Below, in pieces: positions 59,215 to 64,000 of a stretch of 64,000 bases of DNA. Source of the DNA: Candidatus Zixiibacteriota bacterium (lineage in GTDB: Bacteria > Zixibacteria > MSB-5A5 > GN15 > FEB-12); the NCBI GenBank assembly GCA_028289585.1, contig JANQPI010000020.1, positions 96,039 through 160,038 on the forward strand, in the 5' to 3' direction. The position numbers were made by a program, and so were the translations under genes. How positions within the stretch are numbered: the first letter of the stretch is position 1; each line of letters begins with the position of its first letter. The notes beneath the pieces were generated by a model, which saw only the letters and a program-made list of their open reading frames with translations, had not been told where the DNA came from and searched no databases.

Positions 59215-59874
59215 CTAGTGGATCAGGTAGAAGAGTGGGAAGAGGAAGATCCAGATCAAGTCAACCAAGTGCCAGTAGAGGCCGGTCATCTCAATCGGCG
59301 TGTAATAGTTCGCATTAAAGTGATTCTTCTGCGTTCGCCAGATCAACCACCCAATGGCAATCATCCCGGCGATGACGTGAATACCGTGAAGGCCGGTCAT
59401 CGCGAAGTAGACCGAGAAGAAAACGTGTGGATTCGTACCTTCGACACCGGTGTAGGTGTAGAACTGCCCCGGCAACTGCCCGACATGGAATTTATGAGCG
59501 TACTCGAAGTACTTGATGACGAGGAAAACACCCGCCAGCGCCATCGTGGACCAGAGGTAGGCAAGCGTCTTGATCTTGTCACCCAACTGCATCGCCCGGA
59601 TCGCCAACGCCATCGTGACCGATGAAACAATGAGCACAACCGTATTGGTCGCTCCCATCGACATACTCAACGTCTTGTGGGCTTCATAGAACATGTCGGG
59701 CTTCCAGGCCCGGAAAATGACGTAGGCACAGAAGAGCCCGCCGAAGAAGAGGACCTCCGTGAGCAGGAAGATCCACATGCCCATCTTCGACGATTCAGCT
59801 TGCTGCTCCGAGTCAGCAAAGTGATGAGCAACATGGCTCATCGAATGTGAGTGCGAGGCCGAATCCGCCATCAC
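59215..59874 (-). CDS. ctaE: cytochrome c oxidase subunit III
   Basis: 219 aa, typical subunit III helices and conserved motifs. Confidence 0.9.
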   Translation of the reverse strand: MMADSASHSHSMSHVAHHFADSEQQAESSKMGMWIFLLTEVLFFGGLFCAYVIFRAWKPDMFYEAHKTLSMSMGATNTVVLIVSSVTMALAIRAMQLGDKIKTLAYLWSTMALAGVFLVIKYFEYAHKFHVGQLPGQFYTYTGVEGTNPHVFFSVYFAMTGLHGIHVIAGMIAIGWLIWRTQKNHFNANYYTPIEMTGLYWHLVDLIWIFLFPLFYLIH

Positions 59875-59886
59875 TCCTCCACGGCG

Positions 59887-61569
59887 TTACTCTTTGGCAA
59901 CGCTTTCTCGGTGTTCACCTGGTTCCCCAGTCGTGGTATCATAGCCGTAATCAGTTAATGCCTCATCACGGTCGATCAGTACCTTGTCATAGTCATACGG
60001 TCCATGCTGCAGCACCTTGTCTTCCTCAAAGTTGTGCGGGTGCGGCGGCGACGTCGTCTCCCACTCCATCGTGAGTGATCCCCAGATATTCTTGGGTGCC
60101 TGACGACCCCAGATGAGCGAGTGCATCAGGTAAACGAAGACGAGAATAAAGCCAAGCCCCAGAATGAAGGAACCGTAGGACGAAAACGCGTGCAGCGGCT
60201 GGTAGGCATCGACATACGTCCAGTAGCGACGCGGCATCCCCTGCGAGCCAAGGACAAACTGCGGCAGAAATGTCATGTTGAAGCCAACGAATATGATCGC
60301 CGCACCAATCCGTCCAGCAGTCTCGTTGTAGAGCTTCCCGAACATCTTCGGCCACCAGAAGTGCAGGCCACCGAGGAAGGCGATCACCGTTCCACCCATC
60401 ATGACATAATGGAAGTGCGCGACGATAAAATACGTGTCGTGGAGATGGATGTCGACCGACAGAGCGCCGAGAAAGATTCCTGTCAGGCCACCGATCGTAA
60501 ACAGGAAGATGAACGAAAGCGCGTAGACCATTGGCGTCCGTAGATCAATCTGCGCCTTGTACATCGTCAGTAGCCAGTTGAAAATCTTGATACCGGTCGG
60601 AACACCGACAAAGAACGTGATGAACGAAAAGATCATCGCCGCTAACTCTGACTGGCCGGACGTGAACATGTGGTGCGCCCAGACGAGGAAGCTGGTAAAG
60701 GCAATTGCCAGACTCGAATACGCGATGAATTTATATCCGAAGATCTTCTTGTGACTGAACGTAGCGATGAGCTCAGAAATGATTCCGAGGGCCGGCAGAA
60801 TCATGATGTACACGGCCGGATGCGAATAGAACCAGAAGAAATGCTGGTACAACACCGGATCTCCGCCCAGAGCCGGATCGAAGATCCCCACGCCCAGCCA
60901 GCGCTCCAGAACGAGCAATAGCAAGGTGATCGCGAGCACGGGCGTCGCCATCACCTGAATGAGCGCGGTCGCATAGAGCGCCCAGATCATCAATGGTAGT
61001 TTGTACCAGGTCATCCCCGGTGCCCGCATCTTGTGGACAGTTACGATGAAGTTGATTCCGGTGAAAATCGATGAGAACCCGAGAATAAACGCTCCGAGGG
61101 TCATCGAAATGACCGCCGTGCCCGTTGTCGTTGAGTACGGTGTGTAGAACGTCCACCCGGTATCAACGGCACTGGCGAGGATCGAGTAGATCGCGAAGAT
61201 CGATCCAAAAACGTAAATGTACCAACTCGCCAGATTCAGCTTGGGAAAAGCAACATCCTTCGCCCCGATCATGAGCGGCAGCACGAAGTTCCCCAGCGCT
61301 GCCGGGATCGACGGAATAATGAACAAAAAGATCATGATCGCACCATGCAGTGTGAACACCTGGTTGTAGGTATTCGCGTCCATGATGTCCTGCCCCGGAT
61401 AGAGGAGCTCGGTTCGAATCAGGATCGCCAGGAAGCCGGCGATGGCGAAGAACAGTGTGATCGCGGCGAGGTAGAGAAGGCCTATTCGCTTGTGGTCGTA
61501 CGTAACGATCCAGCTCCATAGCCCCTTCGGCTCGGCCAGATAATTCATCTTGGGCATTACCATTGACAT
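59887..61569 (-). CDS. ctaD: cytochrome c oxidase subunit I
   Basis: 560 aa; haem-copper oxidase signature (…HFHYV…, …WAHHMF…). Confidence 0.95.
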   Translation of the reverse strand: MSMVMPKMNYLAEPKGLWSWIVTYDHKRIGLLYLAAITLFFAIAGFLAILIRTELLYPGQDIMDANTYNQVFTLHGAIMIFLFIIPSIPAALGNFVLPLMIGAKDVAFPKLNLASWYIYVFGSIFAIYSILASAVDTGWTFYTPYSTTTGTAVISMTLGAFILGFSSIFTGINFIVTVHKMRAPGMTWYKLPLMIWALYATALIQVMATPVLAITLLLLVLERWLGVGIFDPALGGDPVLYQHFFWFYSHPAVYIMILPALGIISELIATFSHKKIFGYKFIAYSSLAIAFTSFLVWAHHMFTSGQSELAAMIFSFITFFVGVPTGIKIFNWLLTMYKAQIDLRTPMVYALSFIFLFTIGGLTGIFLGALSVDIHLHDTYFIVAHFHYVMMGGTVIAFLGGLHFWWPKMFGKLYNETAGRIGAAIIFVGFNMTFLPQFVLGSQGMPRRYWTYVDAYQPLHAFSSYGSFILGLGFILVFVYLMHSLIWGRQAPKNIWGSLTMEWETTSPPHPHNFEEDKVLQHGPYDYDKVLIDRDEALTDYGYDTTTGEPGEHRESVAKE

Positions 61570-61572
61570 ACG

Positions 61573-62529
61573 CTACTGTCCCGTTTGCTGCTTAACCTGC
61601 TTGATGAACGCAATCAGGCCATCGAGTTCATAGTCTTTCAGCTGACCCTGGTAGGTCGGCATGACCGGCTGATACCCCACGTGTATCTTTGCCCGCGGAT
61701 TGATGATCGATTCGCGAAGGTAATTCTCATCCATGATCGCCGTCGTTCCGTCGGTCAACTGGATGTCGCGCTCCCACGCGCCGAGGAACGACGGTCCCTG
61801 CACGATCGAGCCGTCGAGCGAATGACAGGTCACACACGCCTTCTTGACATAGAGAATCTCGCCCAGTTCGGCCGGCGGCAGATCTTCGCCGAAGCGGCTG
61901 ACCGAGTCGATCCAGGCCGCGTAGTTTTCTTCAGACAGCACGTGGACCTTGCCAACCATTTCGGAGTGCGCCTGGCCGCAGTACTCGGTGCAGAAAACAT
62001 CAAAGACGCCCTCGTGCGTGGGTTCGAACCAGACTTTCGTGTACCGGTTCGGGAGTACATCCATCTTGATGCGGAAGTTTGGAACGTAGAACGAGTGAAT
62101 CACGTCCGCCGATGACATAGTAAGCGTTACCGGTTTGTTGACCGGTACCGCAAAGTCGTTGGTGAGGTTGGCGCCCTCTTCGTACTGGTACGACCAGAAC
62201 CACTTTTGCCCGGTCACCTTGATCTCGGTTCCCTCAAGCGGCATGACACGCATCTTCATGTAGCCGGAGAAGCCCCAGAAGAACGCGACCATGATCAGTC
62301 CGGTCGGAATAATCGTCCACAACGCCTCAAGGAAGTTGTTGTGATCTTTAGCGGGAGTCAGTGTGTCCTTGCCGCGACGACGGTACCGCCAGGTGAAGAC
62401 CGCCATGAGCAGAATGACGATGGCAAAGATGATGATACTGGTGTCGAGGATCCAATAGAACAGGCCATCGACATCCTCGGCGATCGTCGAGTTTGCCGGT
62501 GGTAACCAGACGGTGCCTTCGTTTTCCAT
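61573..62529 (-). CDS. ctaC: cytochrome c oxidase subunit II with C-terminal cytochrome c domain (caa3-type)
   Basis: CuA region (…HSFYVPNF…CTEYCGQAHSEM…) and CVTCHS haem-binding motif; start chosen at MENEGTV (ORF opens at 62667). Confidence 0.88.
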   Translation of the reverse strand: MENEGTVWLPPANSTIAEDVDGLFYWILDTSIIIFAIVILLMAVFTWRYRRRGKDTLTPAKDHNNFLEALWTIIPTGLIMVAFFWGFSGYMKMRVMPLEGTEIKVTGQKWFWSYQYEEGANLTNDFAVPVNKPVTLTMSSADVIHSFYVPNFRIKMDVLPNRYTKVWFEPTHEGVFDVFCTEYCGQAHSEMVGKVHVLSEENYAAWIDSVSRFGEDLPPAELGEILYVKKACVTCHSLDGSIVQGPSFLGAWERDIQLTDGTTAIMDENYLRESIINPRAKIHVGYQPVMPTYQGQLKDYELDGLIAFIKQVKQQTGQ

Positions 62530-62530
62530 A

Positions 62531-63454
62531 CTATACCTCGTGCGACGACACTGGCGGTTGCGGTGAACGGTCTGCATCAATCGGAGCAGCGGCGCGAGAG
62601 CGTTTCCGACGCTCGCGGTACACCATTCCGCCGACCAACAAACCCAAGGCAAATATCGTAAGCACACCGCCGATCGTCATGGCGTTGCGTGCGAAGAGAA
62701 CGTATGAGCCGGCCTCGGGATCGTAGTGGAAGCAGGCCAGGATGAGCCGATCCATAGTTGTCCCGATCTTGCCATCCGATGCCTCGACCAAAGACAGGCG
62801 AACATCCTTTGGCTTGAATTCGATACCGTACAGGTAACGAGAGATCATACCATCCGGCGAAAGAATGATGAGCACGGCGGCATGGGCATACTCGTTTCGC
62901 TTCTCATCCCAGAAGTATTTGAAGCCTACCGCGTCGGCCAGTTGCTCGGATTGTTCTGCCGGTCCGACCAGAAAATGCCACGCCGGATTAAGGCCGGACA
63001 CACCCGCCTCCAAGACGTAGGTGCGCTTCTTGGCCTCGGCGAGTTCCCAGGTCTCTTCGGGGTTGATCGATACGTTAATGACCTCGTACTCGGCACCCGG
63101 TTGCAGACCGAGTTCCGGGAGCGCTTTGGTGATTCCGTTAAAGACGAGATTGCAGAGCATCGGACAACGGTAGTAACCGAGGACAAGAATTACCGGCCGA
63201 TCCTTGGCAAAATAGTCGCCGAGCGTAACCGCTTTGCCGCGATCGTCGGTAAAGGCGAGGTCGAACGGAATCGTATCGCCGAGATGTTCGACGATATCAA
63301 TCTTCTGGAGCTCCGGCTGATCATCCATCAGGTGCTGGGACCAACCAGACGTACTCACACCGACAAGCATGGCAGCTGCCGCCACCACGCGGAGAACCCT
63401 CCGGCCTCTGACGGACAGTCGTGGACGTGCTGTCGTCATACTACCTTGCTCCAT
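62531..63454 (-). CDS. SCO1/SenC-family copper chaperone with C-terminal membrane anchor
   Basis: 307 aa; thioredoxin-like fold with YYRCPMLCN (CxxxC). Confidence 0.75.
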   Translation of the reverse strand: MEQGSMTTARPRLSVRGRRVLRVVAAAAMLVGVSTSGWSQHLMDDQPELQKIDIVEHLGDTIPFDLAFTDDRGKAVTLGDYFAKDRPVILVLGYYRCPMLCNLVFNGITKALPELGLQPGAEYEVINVSINPEETWELAEAKKRTYVLEAGVSGLNPAWHFLVGPAEQSEQLADAVGFKYFWDEKRNEYAHAAVLIILSPDGMISRYLYGIEFKPKDVRLSLVEASDGKIGTTMDRLILACFHYDPEAGSYVLFARNAMTIGGVLTIFALGLLVGGMVYRERRKRSRAAAPIDADRSPQPPVSSHEV

Positions 63455-63588
63455 GTTTCACAAACTACAACCATCTGCATCGGCGTCCGGTTCAACCCAG
63501 ACCACAATTGGTCGGGTGTACTGTACCCGTCTCAACGCCCCTACTGCTCTGTGCCACCTGAAAGGCCAGCCCCGCTCGCACGCCCTGC

Positions 63589-63909
63589 CTAGGGCGTTCC
63601 CGCTGAGTCTAAGACGAGCGCCATCGCCGAATCGACCGGAATGCGATACGAAACAACGCCGCCCGTGTCGATCTTGCGATACTCCGACATCAGTTGCACC
63701 TCAGCCTCTTCAAGCTTGATAATCCGCTCATCGATCGGCTTGAGCTGCTGCTCATAGACCACGTGTTCGCGCTGGACAATGAAATACGTTTCCAACGAGA
63801 AGATCAAGATCACGACCACGACGAGTCCGATCAGGGTAATCCACAGGAAGAGCGCCGTATTGATGTCGCGGCGTTCATAATCTTTCGGCGGAATCATGCC
63901 CTCGGCCAT
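63589..63909 (-). CDS. small single-TM membrane protein, hypothetical
   Basis: 106 aa; one TM helix then coiled-coil-like region; heads the oxidase gene string. Confidence 0.35.
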   Translation of the reverse strand: MAEGMIPPKDYERRDINTALFLWITLIGLVVVVILIFSLETYFIVQREHVVYEQQLKPIDERIIKLEEAEVQLMSEYRKIDTGGVVSYRIPVDSAMALVLDSAGTP

Positions 63910-64000
63910 CAGATTACTCTCCTAGTGGTTCACGAAGCGTATCGACGCTTCGAGCTTCGGGTCACCTACCGGGACCAACGGGTTATTCGATAACTGACGC

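Noticed and set aside
63455-63590. Palindromic-looking GC-rich stretch (CGCCCTGCCTAGGGCG) between the SCO gene and the small membrane-protein gene
   Set aside because: Only a short imperfect palindrome around a CCTAGG site; not convincing as terminator or operator

Overview
High-GC (about 60-65%) bacterial chromosomal window. Gene content (PorV/FadL-like and CarboxypepD_reg outer-membrane proteins, dockerin-like secreted proteins) suggests a Gram-negative, FCB-superphylum-like lineage; this is inference.

Most of the window is core metabolism and respiration:
- methylmalonyl-CoA mutase small and large subunits plus the MeaB GTPase (translationally coupled);
- a tyrosine catabolic operon on the minus strand (hppD, hmgA, aminotransferase, FAH-family hydrolase);
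- a long-form phenylalanine 4-hydroxylase;
- a tetrahydrobiopterin-type pterin pathway (folE, a triple-module PTPS, SDR/sepiapterin-reductase-like);
- acetoacetyl-CoA synthetase, a FeS-BCP/CryB-type photolyase-related protein, cytochrome bd oxidase cydAB;
- a caa3-type cytochrome c oxidase cluster (coxB with cytochrome c domain, coxA, coxC, coxIV, a CtaA-SCO fusion, DUF420, a second SCO);
- large secreted M16 and amidohydrolase enzymes, a GltP-type symporter, an ArsR-SRPBCC pair with a visible promoter/operator, and a zinc-ribbon protein next to a YdjI-like SPFH protein.

The most unusual region is a low-GC island of about 6.5 kb (roughly 14.4-21.2 kb), embedded in high-GC DNA and structured by repeats:
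- two copies of a roughly 340-bp MITE-like palindromic element with inverted ends and internal 17-bp tandem repeats;
- a 91-bp direct repeat (about 95% identical) upstream of minus-strand genes;
- a 73-bp near-identical duplication covering the 5' UTR and start of two paralogous genes.

The island encodes a paralog family (201 aa, 351 aa, and the N-terminal domain of a 1098-aa HExxH zinc metalloprotease) and a co-operonic 274-aa secreted protein. The 1098-aa protease, the 274-aa protein and a distant 553-aa secreted lysyl-oxidase-like/PPC protein share a roughly 75-aa C-terminal module. It has two dockerin/EF-hand-like repeats (D-x-D-x-[SD]-G...DL..LIDHLFI.F.PL) and conserved cysteines, and I do not recognise it as a named sorting signal.
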